This document shows, piece after piece, positions 1 through 11,936 of a DNA stretch of 64,000 bases (the stretch's first letter is position 1; each line of letters starts with the position of its first letter). This DNA comes from Dudresnaya verticillata. Lineage: Eukaryota. The notes beneath the pieces are model-generated. The model was not told where the DNA came from, did no database searches, and worked only from the letters and a program-made list of their open reading frames with translations. The stretch is taken from positions 2,294,001 to 2,358,000 of the forward strand of contig OZ374560.1 in NCBI GenBank assembly GCA_977862235.1, written 5' to 3'. A program made the position numbers and the translations under genes.

Positions 1-399
1 AGCTGGCTTCTCGAGCTTGCGAAGAACGCATTTTCCGAAAAGATGGAATGGGATGTACGTTTACTGCCAGCAGGTGCAGTGGGGCCAGAAACTGCTTCCA
101 CAGTATATGAATTTGTTCGCGTTTACGAGAAATAAAGTTTAGTAGGAAAGGATGACAGCTTCATGCAGCAGAATAGCCAAGTTAGGCTCCGAATATCAGA
201 ACGATTGCTAGTTTTCTCCCAGGGGAACAATATACATATTGTGTCTACGCCTGTGGTTGCTTCCACTCCACAAGATTATATCTATTGTTTCAATGCAATG
301 GAACCTTGTTTTCCGACGAATCAGTACACGGGTTCTGAGATGTTCCGAGGTCCATACACTCAACGGGATAATACGGGCTTTTAGCATCAAGAAGATTCA

Positions 400-471
400 C
401 TGCACTCACTGAGCTTGACCGTGATCGATGAGAGGGTCAATGGCAATGCCCGCAGAGTTGTGAGTATAAAA
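400..471 (+). promoter_or_regulatory. Putative core promoter of peptide copy 1 (conserved block plus TATA box)
   Basis: gcactcactgagcttgaccgtgatcgatgaga followed by TATAAAA. An equivalent block and TATAAAA occur upstream of all six copies. Confidence 0.6.
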
Positions 472-582
472 CCCAGGCTGCGCCCATCCCTGGGTTTATC
501 TTTCTTACTCCAAGGAACAACACACCCTCTTCAACAAATCTCTTCACCAGTTGTCTTTACGCTCCTATCCCGCTCCCAAAAA

Positions 583-810
583 ATGGCTCTTTCCAAGATG
601 TTCGCGATGCTGTTCGTGGTTCTCCTCGTCTCCGGCGCTGTTAATGGTGCCGCAGTGAAGGAGGCGAAGCGCCCGGAGGTCAACCTGCAGACCATGATCA
701 AGTTCATGAAGGAGCTGTTTCCGTGTCAGACGGATAGCGACTGCAACAAGCAGATGTCCGGATATTCGTTCTGTGACCAGGGTCATGCCTTCTGCATTCC
801 CCTGTATTAA
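583..810 (+). CDS. Small secreted Cys-rich peptide, copy 1 (subtype A, 75 aa)
   Basis: MALSKMFAMLFVVLLVSGAVNG signal-like leader and C-terminal CQTDSDC-X9-C-X6-CIPLY. Near-identical to five other ORFs in the window. The ATG at 583 is conserved across paralogues; TATAAAA lies at 465-471. Confidence 0.9.
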   Translation: MALSKMFAMLFVVLLVSGAVNGAAVKEAKRPEVNLQTMIKFMKELFPCQTDSDCNKQMSGYSFCDQGHAFCIPLY

Positions 811-3101
811 GGAGGATGAGCTGTATGGCTAGAGTTATGAATCCTGCTCAGCAGCTATGGGTTTCAAAACCTTCTACCCATACTGTAACAGTCAAGATAG
901 GATACACATGCCAGCAGCTTATATAGGTCGGCGAAGGTTTTCCATGTTTTTGTCTGGTTCGAACGCATATGTTGTAGTGCAGGTATGTCTTCCAGTAGTA
1001 TGCCATTGTTTGAGATAAATCAAACGCAATGTCCAAATCAAATCACATACCTTTGAGAGTATGCATGACTGTGAAAAGCATATGAGCTACGCCAGCTGCT
1101 CTGGTGCTAGCTGTGAGAACACACCATGTAAGATCACCATTAGCAACCAACATAGCATGTCAACACCATCAGCCTATCAAGCTATCTGCTCTCGCGAACG
1201 TCGCAAGTACTGACACACGCACCCCTGTCCCCTTCGGTAGTAAATATTGCAATATTTCCGCCATTATGCCCCAATAATATCTGCAATATATGCCTATGCC
1301 GTGCAATAAGTTTGTGCAATGTGATGCTGTTTTATGCGCCCTTCGGAACGATATATGTGATTGTGACAGCTTCGCGTCCAAAAACCGTTCATTCATTTTG
1401 AGGAAGATAAGCACACAGCTTTAGTTTATTCTAAGGAGCAAGCCTGGGAAAGGGTCTAATTACCTGGATACATAACAGGAGGAGGGGGATGGGTTGCAGC
1501 AATTCACGCTAACTGCAACAGATTGAAGAACGAGCGTAGCAAGGGACGTAAAAAGAGAGCAAGCTTCTTAGCGAGGTCTAGAAAACGCTATATTCTCGGG
1601 ATCCAACTCTACAGATGCCCCTCACGCACAGAACCGCACATATGCGAGTCGCATACTGCACTTAGCAATAGGGCTTCCAATATTACTACTCAACCCAATA
1701 GGTATTGCAATATACAATGTCACTACAACAAGAATTGCACTTTGCATCCAGAAACTCAATGTGCTATTGCTATTGTGCATTGCAATTAATTGCCCGACAG
1801 CCCTGCTTGTGTCTCTTGTTCTCCAATCTGAGCTCTCAGAACCAATCGAACAAAACAGTCCTACGGTCTATTGAGTGACAGCTCTTGCGCTCCCTTATGG
1901 GGCTTCTTTCTATTCTAAGTAAAGTTTGTCTCTCTACCTATCTATCTATACAGCAACCAACTCATTCCCAGGATGGCTCCATGTGACACCCGAATCGATT
2001 CGCAGCCAAAAGGAGAGGGGATAAGAGAGTAAGCAAAAACATCAGCAAGTATGTTTTACGCGAAAGGCCAACTTTTCTTCTGAGTTCCTTGATAGACGTA
2101 ACATCTCCAAGCCCAGCCTTAGAAATAAATCTTCCAAGGGCAGTACAACTGCCTCGATACTGCAGAAATACCAATTATGACTAGTCTAGCTATGCAATTC
2201 TATCGTTCCAGTTCCGTATCACCCCCCAAAGTACTATTTACCGAGCACCTACACGATGGTGTTCTTCACTTCACTCTGGAAGCCGTGCCGCATCTGCGTA
2301 CAATTCTCCTTGCTTCATCCCGGCACACACCACCTCGTTTACCATCACCTCGCTGACTATAGTGATCGTCAGCTCGCGATTTTCCGGCACCTCGGCACTT
2401 TCTTACGTTTCCCGTCCCTCCGCTCTCTCCGTCTTCGGGCCCCGTCTTTGAGGCAGCTGCTCACCTTCTCCAACTTCTATCTTCACTAAACCCCGGTTGG
2501 GAAGACTTCCACGGCATGCTGGTTTCCACCTATGCCCTTCGTGCGCAACGCGCTGTCGCTTTGCCTGCGTCAGTAGGTTCCTCTCCCTGTTAATTCGCAT
2601 GGCCATCAATTATGCATGGAACTACAATACTTTTGCGTCTGCTCATGGGCCTTCAATACCTACGCGAGCTCACCTTAAAATTGTCTTAAAGTATTCCCTG
2701 ACATTGCCGAAACGAACTGTTACATGTCGGAAAGAAGGTGCGATCAATGCACTGTGCAGACCTTTAGCCCTTTGTTTTAGGTCTCACAAAGTGCTGCAGT
2801 GTAATTTCTATTTGTGACGAAACCGTCGACGCCCTCAGTAAGGCGCACGGAACTTGCCCAAAACCCGGGGACGCGTTACACCGTGTAATGTGGGTAATAA
2901 CAAAGGAGACAAGAATAGTACGAGCGGTCATTGCAGTGTGTTCTCTCTGCCGCAACTTTTTACATAACGAAGATTAATAGTCGTGTAGCGCGCCTAGACA
3001 CGATATCATTAGCAAACATAGTTTTTGCGCAACAAAGCAGTAATTGTGCGACAGAAGCTTAGTCCCTGTGGAGGCTGGCATCGATCAAAGGGAAATAAGA
3101 G

Positions 3102-3761
3102 ATGGAGACCTTTATGCATAGGAAAGACTACAGCCCCGTAAGGGGGCTTATCTAAAACTCATCTGAAAGGCGACGGCCGAAGAGTAAACGGCGGTTAACA
3201 GCCACCGCGACAGATTGAGGTACAAGAGAGGTGAGGTTGGTGAGAAGAGATAGTTTCTCAGATATCGGCTAAGTACCCTTCATAGCAGCTAGGAAATTCG
3301 CCACGCGCTGAGCGCCTCGATCGAACCCAGAACCAATGGCACCATAGATGTCCATCACCATAGGATGGAGATCTATCCGGTTGGTAGAACATAAGCGACG
3401 ATAATGACGGACTTTAGCTTGCTCGCGGCGGTGAATAGCTTGATGTTGAGAGCGAGGCGTTTTGGACAGTGTAGTTGGATGGTGTGGGGTCACCACGGAG
3501 ACGTCAAACGCTTGCGGGAGGGGGGCAAACGTAGGGTCATCAACATAGAGATCCATACGAAGATGGTCACGTCGGTCTTCTTCGAAACGGTCTTCAGTAC
3601 GTTGTAATTGACGGGGCATCACGGCGCCTTTCTGAAGCAGTGCGTGCAGAAGACGTCACAACTCGGGAAACCCCAGTCTCCTCTAGGTAGGAAAAGTTGC
3701 GTTCAAGCTGAACAGTAACGCCATGGTTCCGAGCAGTATTACGAAAGAAAGCCCCAAGTTG
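3102..3761 (-). mobile_element. 5'-truncated non-LTR retrotransposon with restriction-like endonuclease (CRE/R2-type) C-terminus
   Basis: RMDL...AFDVSVV...REQAKVRHY...PMVMDIYGAIG resembles an RLE domain. Flanked by a 14-bp direct repeat aagggaaataagag (3088-3101, 3762-3775). Confidence 0.75.
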
Positions 3762-4234
3762 AAGGGAAATAAGAGCGATATCGACCGCATCGATTATCGA
3801 CTACGCGCTACTGTTAGAACGGACGAAAGAGGTTTAGGTAGATTGTTATGAGCCGCCATTTGGCTACGAGAAGGGAATGGGAAAAGTGTTTTGTTCATCC
3901 ACCCCGCGAGAGTAAGCGCCTGCGAATGGTATGATTAGTCTGCTGTTTATCTAGACCTTGCTGCAACAACAGCTTGACTCGAGTTTCTCAATTTCTTTAC
4001 CTACAACAACGGTAGGTATGCTCATGCATAATGCTATTGAAAAAACAAGCCATACAGCCAAGCTGCACTACAAAAAATAGATTGAAGCCCGACAGAGACA
4101 TGGAAAACCTTTTCCGACATGTTTAAGCTGCTAGCATGGATGCCCTATCTTGACGGTTCCCGTAGGATATTGGCCTAATGAAAGCCTTAACTGCTTGTAA
4201 TGCTAGTCCGACCTTGCAGTTTCTTCCACTCCAC

Positions 4235-4465
4235 TTAATACAGGGGAATACAGAAGGCATGCGTCCTGTCACAGAATCCATATCCGGACATCTGCATGTT
4301 GCAGTCTTTATCCGTCTGACACGGAAACAGCTCCTTCATGAATCTGATCATGTTCTCCAGAGTGACCGGCGGGCGAGCCTCGACGGCCTTCTTCTCAGCA
4401 CCGTTCACGACACCGGAGACGAGGAGAAGCATGCACAGCATGGCGAATATCTTGGATGGAGCCAT
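4235..4465 (-). CDS. Small secreted Cys-rich peptide, copy 2 (subtype B, 76 aa)
   Basis: Same architecture, with the AEKKAVEARPPVTLENM variant segment. TATAAAA on the minus strand at 4559-4565. Confidence 0.9.
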   Translation of the reverse strand: MAPSKIFAMLCMLLLVSGVVNGAEKKAVEARPPVTLENMIRFMKELFPCQTDKDCNMQMSGYGFCDRTHAFCIPLY

Positions 4466-7384
4466 TTTTTGTGAGGGTAGGGTAAGGGAAGAGCTTTGTT
4501 GAACACGGTAAGTTGTTCTGTGGCGGAATATCTGGGGGAGGGCTCACCCGGCCCTATGTTTTATAGTCCAACTTGGCGCCGATCACCATCAGCATCCCAT
4601 CACCACTGACCTTCTCTCGTCGATCACAGTTGAGCTCAATGAGTGCATGCGATTGTGGGTACTCGACTTGTCGCCTGATACACTGCTGTCGCATTGATGC
4701 AGTTACATCAAAGCTAAATATCACTTTTTGTATTGTCGGATAGCCTGGAAGCAACTACAGGTGCATGTAGTAGTACTACATAGTGTTGCTTGTGTAGTGT
4801 TTTTGCTATAGGCCACTGCTTCCCTGCAAACCCGGCCCGATGAAAGAATATTGTCGTGTAGGCCCAGTCTTTATTTCGTTCTTCCGGAAAAAAACTTGCA
4901 ACAGTTTGGATGTTTGGAGCCTAGAGCCTAACAAGCTACATACAAGTTGAACTGCTACATAGAGCACTAAACTTTATGTCGCGTGCTCGCGAATCAATCC
5001 GGACGCCCCGTTTTCATCTCTACTAGCTTTGTCAACTTCGTCCTGCAGTTTCGTTGCTGTTAGCGTTAACCGTCGCCGCCTCCCCATGCCCTTTTTTAGT
5101 ACGAACCAGTCCTGCGCAGGTTCCTTTGGACCTGCTGATTCTGCTTTCAGTAATGTGAAGACTTCCTCCGTTTTCCGGGTACGTAAATTGCCTTCTTCGC
5201 ATGCTCGAGATGACAATGCTTCATCCATCCGAAATGTCATTGCCGTCACTCATCGGGGCTGCGCAGGGAGGGGACCGTTTTTCTCTGGGCGTAGCTAGGG
5301 AAACCTAAGGTCACTTTGCCAAGGCAAGGACTGCGGGGGTCGAGAGTTATTGTATGGCATGGCACTTTAGGCAGCGGCTGCCTTTCTAATTGGCTGAGGT
5401 CATATGGGCTGGGGTCCTGGGACGGAGTAGTTGTCTATGACTTTTCAAGCGTGCGTTGGAAGGGTACGGTACTACAGAACAACTCTACGTTTACAAAGAT
5501 TGAAGGGAATAATAAAACACCGCTCTCTGCAGATATGTTATAGATCCAATCAAATGAACTATTATTGAATGAAGCGCTCTTTTGCGTGCGCCATTAAGTT
5601 TACCACAAGTTCGCTTGCAATCTCCCTAAACTGAATCACACGCAATAATCCCGCAGCCAAAGAGTTGCGGCAACACAAAGTCACGAGATTCGCTTCTCCG
5701 TGTCGCGCTTGTTACAGGAGGTCGCACTGCTATACTTGGACCTTCAGCGCTGCTCGTAATAATCAGTCGAGTAAGAAGCTCTCGACGTCCATAGATTGTA
5801 TATACTTGCAGATGGTATGCAGTGATTCCTTGTTATAAGAGTAATCATGGTGGACGGGTTCATATTCCTTTATCGCATTGGGGAATATATCGAGGAAGTG
5901 TTGGAACACTCTTTTAAAACACCGATGAAGTTGCTTTACTTGCTAAAGAAATGCTCTATCGTCGCCTGGGACATCTTCTGACTTCTCTGGCGCTTCAGAG
6001 ACTACTGAACGCAGCTAACGTAACATCGGCTGATGAGGGGATGCCGTCACAGTCATCAAGTAGCCCATTTCGCAACAGAGATACATTCAGCTTCTCTCCA
6101 ATTGACATGTTTTGTAGCGATGCGTTGTTCTCATTAGCGACTTCCTCAGTATTTCAATAGTCCTCGCAGGAGCTACTAAGCTCCTGCGAATGCAAATTGT
6201 GCCTCACAAGTTTAATGGGTGCTCTGCATGGCGCAATGTCAACATTAGACGCCGAAGTCATATTCTTACTATTGAGGAATGTGGCCCTCATACGTGAGCT
6301 GTTTTGCGGGCCACGGCGGATGACTTTCGGATTCTGTATTCCCATATCGCACATTCTTGAAGGCCTCATATACTTGCTGACCTCAACGGAACCGGGTCGG
6401 TGGACGAAAGACTTATTCCTTTACCGCGGATGTTCCTTCATCAAAGCATTCTTATAACAAGGAATCAGTGTACAATACTTTATGTGACCACCACTCGCTA
6501 TTTCTCAGGGATATCTCCGCAGCTTTGTAAGGAATAAAGATTTCGGGCAATCCTGACTCTGTGGGTGGTTGTAAGCAGAAGTCCAAAGAGCGTGTCGAAT
6601 GCCACAGGAAGTGATACCTTGCAACGTGCTGGTAGCTTGTAGGACACAAGAGAAGAATTTTTATTGAAGACTACAGACTAACCCTAAGGATACCATTTCG
6701 ATACCAAATTGCATCTGTGGCTATGCACTGCCAGTGATGCTAAACGTTTTCCAACAGAATCTCGCGAGCACGGATCTGCTTGAGAGACTTGCTACTCCGC
6801 AGACTGGTAGTGGAAGTATCGATAAAGTACACTTGTGGAAGTACTCTTGGTAGAGACCTTCGAATTTGGAAAGAACAAGAGCCATAGAAGAGCTCTCTGC
6901 TATTTCTCTTTCATACCGATGTAACCTCGATCCTCGGTTTCCGATGTTCGGATAAATGAATCGCGTGCCGTCGATCAGGGCCGAAAAGTTCTCTTTTCTC
7001 TTACATATTTCTGCTGCAACGATATACTCTTTTGATACTTTTTGCCTTCTCGTGTTTCTCATCTCTTTCGCGGACAGTGACACTCTCCAGTGAATGATCG
7101 ATTGTAATAACTTGTAATTTGATAGCGAAGCTTTCTAGCGACTGCATCTGCAACTGCAGCTATGACACAAGCTCCAACTTTGTACTAAATATTTCAATTG
7201 GGACATCTGGAGATGACATATTGGAAGGTATCGTTCGAAGTGGCGCTTTCTGTTTTGTAGTTGTTCTGCGTCTTCCTCGAGTAGGTAGGTAGCCGTTCAT
7301 AACCTTTTCTTTAAAGGTCTGCCTCATCTTTCAACGAATGGAATCTTGACAAGTTTCAGAAGTGGGTCAAATTCAGAAAGGCAG

Positions 7385-8262
7385 CACCACCTCAGGTGCG
7401 TCACACGCTGTTGAGCAGTACTTCCCAGCCACGCATCGATTGCGCCCCAAAGTCGTCACAGCCGCGAAATCGAGCTTCTCCAGAGCACCCGATATCTCGG
7501 CGTGGACCTCACCAATCGTGGCGTTGCTTCTCAAGCGCCCGATATCTCGGCGTGGACCTCACCAGTCGTGGCGTTGCTTCTCAAGCTATGATCAACCGAG
7601 CGAAGACCGCAATGCAAGTTGTCGCCACGTTGGCCAGCGCTGGCCATCTCACACCCCGAATGCACCCCGAGCTGCAAGATTCACTTACCAAACGTTTGTC
7701 GGCCCCATTGTCGAGTACGTCCTGGTGCTGACCCCTCTCTCGCCAGAACTCGAATCAATGTAGGACACCGAGCAGCCTACATTTTCCCGCACTGCTATCG
7801 GGAAACGAACACCGTAATGCCTCCTAGTCGTAGACTCCAGAAACTGCGAGCCCTCTTTCGAATCCCCAACCACTCGCATCGACGTCAGCAGCTGATGCAT
7901 GCCGTATCCTACCACGTCCGGCAACTTTCCTGCAGCAGCGATGCCAGCTCAAGCATGCTGCAGCCTACCACGTCCGCCAACTCTCCCGTAGCAGCGATGC
8001 CAAATTGTCTTGGGCAGCCTCATCCATGCTCACCACTGGCAAAGTTGAGGCGAAACCTGGCTTGCGGGGAGCAATCCTCTACCCACAACCACCGCTCCAA
8101 CTTCGCCATGCTCAGATTACAGCCTGGCGCCTCGTTCTTGACGGCGTACGCCCGGCCCCTGTGTATGCCCGGACCTACTTCGCACTAGCCATCGATCAGA
8201 TCCGGAGTACTGGCCTCCTTCGCTCTACGCCTGCTGCACCTCCCCATCCACCTCATTAGCAA
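7385..8262 (+). mobile_element. Degenerate LINE 3' fragment (post-RT region)
   Basis: RYLGVDLT...YQTFVGPIVEY motifs typical of the region C-terminal to non-LTR RT. Frameshifted, with a 51-bp internal tandem duplication (~7486-7587). Paralogue at 17140-18077. Confidence 0.6.
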
Positions 8263-8595
8263 CAATAGTTCCGCAATGTGTTTGCCAATAGGACTTTGAA
8301 TCTGAGGCGAATGCGCTCTAAATCGTGCTGAGTAGACTTTATCATCACCTCAGGTGCGGATTCCCACTCTCGCTGTTTTAATAATTGACCCTCTGGGACA
8401 AACGGAGAGAGGGTCATGTCCCTACCGAAGCTCTTGTTCCAACGGTTTGCTGCTAGTAGGATGTCAATTCATTAGCTCAAGGTCTGAATTCACTGCTGAG
8501 CATTACTCGCATCCACTGCAAAGACCTTGCAAAACGTCAGCCCCTTGAAGGTTGCTCGTGTTTCTGACACAATTCTTTTTCTCCAGTCCAATTCT

Positions 8596-8641
8596 TACTC
8601 GTCATAAACCCCTTTCTGTAGAAAGGGGTTTATGACGAGTA
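8596..8641. repeat. Perfect 22-bp inverted repeat with 2-nt loop
   Basis: tactcgtcataaacccctttct-gt-agaaaggggtttatgacgagta. Confidence 0.9.
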
Positions 8642-8851
8642 CTTGAGAATACCATGAAGATGGGCTCACTGTCTGCGATCACCGTTCTTTGTTTATTAGG
8701 GAGCTTGTTCCGGTATGAATAGATGATGTCGCCTCACAGATAGCACTACAGTTTCTAATCTATCCAATACGTTTTTCATCGTCGGCCAGATGTACAGACC
8801 GCCTAAGAATGTGATGTTATGTCTCTCCACTCTCTCCCAGGAGGCCAAAAC

Positions 8852-9594
8852 TGTTGAAATCTCCGGGAGGCTGAGACGTTCGACATGTCATTCGTCAACC
8901 TCCGCAAGTACTTCAATTATGTTGAGAGTTGAAAAGTTGGTTTGGTTGTCTTCTTGTGTCTACCTCTATTCACTTCAATGTGCGAGGTAACTTATACTAC
9001 TCGTGGGTAGCCAAACTCTCTAAAGCTTCAATACTACAAAGGGTAACTAACTCCTTCATTTGGTTACCTCCGAATTTGGTGAAGGCCAAATTCGTGTGTA
9101 TCTCGATTGAGGACGCACTGCAGTTGTTACTGCTTTTGACAAATTATACTGTGGTTGCTGGAGTGCGGACCTGGTAAGCTCTCATCAAGGATATCGGCGG
9201 CTGTGAATGGACGTGGCTGGGCGTGGCAAGTTGTCAGCAGCTATGACTGCGTCTGCGACTGGACGTGGCAAACGGCGGACCTCAGAACTCACCGACATCT
9301 GCAATTGTGTTGTCTGGTCCTACAGCGTCACCCTGTAGTTTACTTGAATTGCAGAGAAAGTAGGAATGAACGATAGTGCTGTAGAGCTGGTTTCAGAGTA
9401 TTGGAAGTCGACTGGTGTGTATTTAAGCGCTCCAACACGTAAGGAGAACACACCTGGAGAATCAAGAACAACTCAGTAAACAACGTCATCTAGTGGGACT
9501 CCACACGCGCTTGTGCGCACTTTGTCTTTGGCAGGACTCTGCCCTCGTTACATCTATAGGAGATACTTCATCTCCACCCTTATGTTTCACAACA
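8852..9594. mobile_element. Solo LTR
   Basis: TGTTG...CAACA termini and a 5-bp TSD aaaac (8847-8851, 9595-9599). Absent from the paralogous site at ~19870. Confidence 0.8.
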
Positions 9595-9778
9595 AAAACA
9601 GTGCACAGATGCATTGACGTATTTAAACAGAATCGTCAGAAACGATGGTTTGGCAAGTAGCCAGCCTCGTTCAGATAATGGGACGGCCCGCACGTAACAT
9701 GGAGATGTACATGCACAACCAAGGCTCCTTTTGAGCCCATTCCCAAGCACTTCAAAAGTTGAATACCGTAGATAAAGA

Positions 9779-9910
9779 TGCAATGCTCCAATGCGTCGCG
9801 GTGAGTGTCAACCGCCGCAAGCTTGCTCCTCCGCCTCTTTATGGTAGCTCTGAATCCTAAGCCCCTTTAAGAGGCTTCTCTCTTGTTCTTTAATAAAGGT
9901 CTCTCTCTCT
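9779..9910 (+). mobile_element. Short 5'-truncated retroposon with (CT)n tail
   Basis: 10-bp TSD tagataaaga. Ends ...tttaataaaggt(ct)n, and the same tail occurs at ~51210-51247. Empty site at ~20042. Confidence 0.7.
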
Positions 9911-10887
9911 TAGATAAAGAACTAAATCGCATAATACGATTCTAAAAAACATTCGAGAAATGTATAGAACGCCCTGTTTTCAAAGGGACGGGCAGGAAAA
10001 AGTCGAGAAGCCTAGTGACGGGTACAGGGGTCCATGAGTTTCTTCGGAAGTCGTTCTGCGAACGGAAGCTTGTGTTTTCGAGGTTGAGGCATTTGTGCTC
10101 GTCACAGGATTGTTGACAAGCTCGACTGTACCACACAAAGGCAGGAGTATGTAAACAAGGGCATTCTGGTCTTGAATGTTGCGTTCCAATGAAGCGGACC
10201 AGAGTCTTTCAAGGGGGAGGGATGCTGAGCCGTTTCACGACGAGAATGTGGACGCTGAGAGCTACATATTGGAGAACAAGAGGAAAAGACGAGCAGTAAG
10301 TTGAAGCTTTTCCGAAGGAGGGGATGTACCTTTCATCACTGCCATGAAAGAAGCTATTTGCTGTACTTCATTCTACGTTCAAGCCCTGTTCCAATGCGCC
10401 CAGACATATCCCTCATCAAAGGGTGGGGTTCCATCCCCAGGCTGCCAAAAATAATCTGCGAAAGAGTACGAGCATGCGTGCGACGTTCGCGGGAGCAGAT
10501 AGCTTGATAGCTTGATGGTGTTGACATCGTATATTGGTTGTTAATGATGGTATTAGATAGTGTGTTCTCTGATATTCTCACAGCTATCACCAGAGATGCT
10601 GGCGTAGCTCTTATGCTTTTCATAGTCAGTGTACATACCCTCTAAGATATTTGATTTGGTTTGGGCATTGCGTTTGGTTTATCTGCAACAATGGTATACT
10701 ACTGGAAGACATACCTGCACTACAATACATGCGTTCAAACTAGACATAGAGATGGGAAACCTTCGCAGACATATCTCAGCTTCTAGCATGTGGGCCCTAT
10801 CTTGGCTGTTGCGTGAATACGGATTTTGAGACCCATAGGTGCCGGGGAGGCTTTAGAAGTCTAACCATGGAGCCTCTTCCGCTCTCC

Positions 10888-11118
10888 TTAATACATTGGA
10901 ATACAGAAGGAATGCGTCTTGTCACAGTACGAATATCCGGACATCTGTTTGTTGCAGTCGTCATCCATCTGGCACGGAAACAGCTCCTTCATGAACTTGA
11001 TCATGGTTTGCAGATTGACCTCCAGGCGCTTCGCGGCCTCCTTCACTGCAGCACCATTCACAGTGCCGGACACGAGGAGAATCACGAACAGCATAGCGAA
11101 CATCTTGAAGAGAGCCAT
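10888..11118 (-). CDS. Small secreted Cys-rich peptide, copy 3 (divergent subtype A, 76 aa)
   Basis: Intact ORF with all four Cys conserved (CQMDDDC...YCDKTHSFCIPMY). Confidence 0.88.
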   Translation of the reverse strand: MALFKMFAMLFVILLVSGTVNGAAVKEAAKRLEVNLQTMIKFMKELFPCQMDDDCNKQMSGYSYCDKTHSFCIPMY

Positions 11119-11175
11119 TTTTAAGGAGCGGGGAGGAGCGTGAAGACAACTGATGAAGAGGTTTCTTGAAGAGGG

Positions 11176-11534
11176 TGTATTTATGCAAGATTGTGTATGG
11201 TAGCAAATTGACAGTGGTAGCCGTAGCAGTCAACAGCATCTTGTAGAGAAAAGTTTATAACAGCGTAACGAATCAAACAGGTAAAGCAAGAACCTGATAA
11301 ACATAAACGGGTAACTGTGGGTATCTGTGGGTAACTGTGGGTAACTGTGGGTGGCTGTAGTTAACTGTAGCTGTCTCAGTAGGAACACTAGATGCTTATA
11401 TACCCAAGTCAGAGGTAGTTCCATCAGTTAGTAACTATAGGCTGAGCATAGGACTGTATCGGTCGCTCTGAGATAAATCGATGTATAACGAAGTAGTCGA
11501 TACGATAGCATCAAACGATGTCCTACAGGTTACA
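11176..11534. mobile_element. ~360-bp insertion (possible solo LTR) in the leader of peptide copy 3
   Basis: Absent from the copy 1 leader. TGTA...TACA ends and an internal 10-bp tandem repeat gtaactgtgg (11311-11370). No clean TSD. Confidence 0.55.
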
Positions 11535-11936
11535 TAGTGTTGTTCCTTGGCAGTAAGGACCAGCCAGGGCAGGGTGCAGCCTGGGTTTTATACTCACAAC
11601 TTTGCGGGCATTGCCATTGACCCTCTCATCGATCACGGTCAAGCTCAGTGAGTGCAGTCAATCTTCTTGATTCTAAAGCCCGTATTATCCCATTAAGTGT
11701 ATGGACCTCGGAACATCGCAAAATATGTGTACATGATTCGTCGCAAAACATGGTTCCATTGCATCGAAGCTATAGATATAATGTTGTGGAGTGGAAGCAA
11801 CCACAGGCGTAGACACAATCTGCACGCTGTTCCCCTGGGAGAAAACTAGCAACCGTTCTGATGTTCGGAGCCTGACTTGAACTATTCTGCTACTGTACAT
11901 GAAGCTGTCATCCTTTCCTAATAAATCTATTTCTCG

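Larger units (their letters stand above)
4180..9990. repeat. Segmental duplication block, direct copy at ~14820-20110
   Basis: Collinear matches: 4200-5100 with 14840-15750, 6490-8550 with 16270-18360, 8540-8850 with 19580-19870, 9640-9980 with 19920-20110. Boundaries approximate. Confidence 0.85.

Noticed and set aside
415..582. N-terminal extensions of the peptide ORFs (131 aa at 415; 109 aa at 15202)
   Set aside because: They start at non-ATG codons, are not conserved among paralogues, and the first spans the TATA box.
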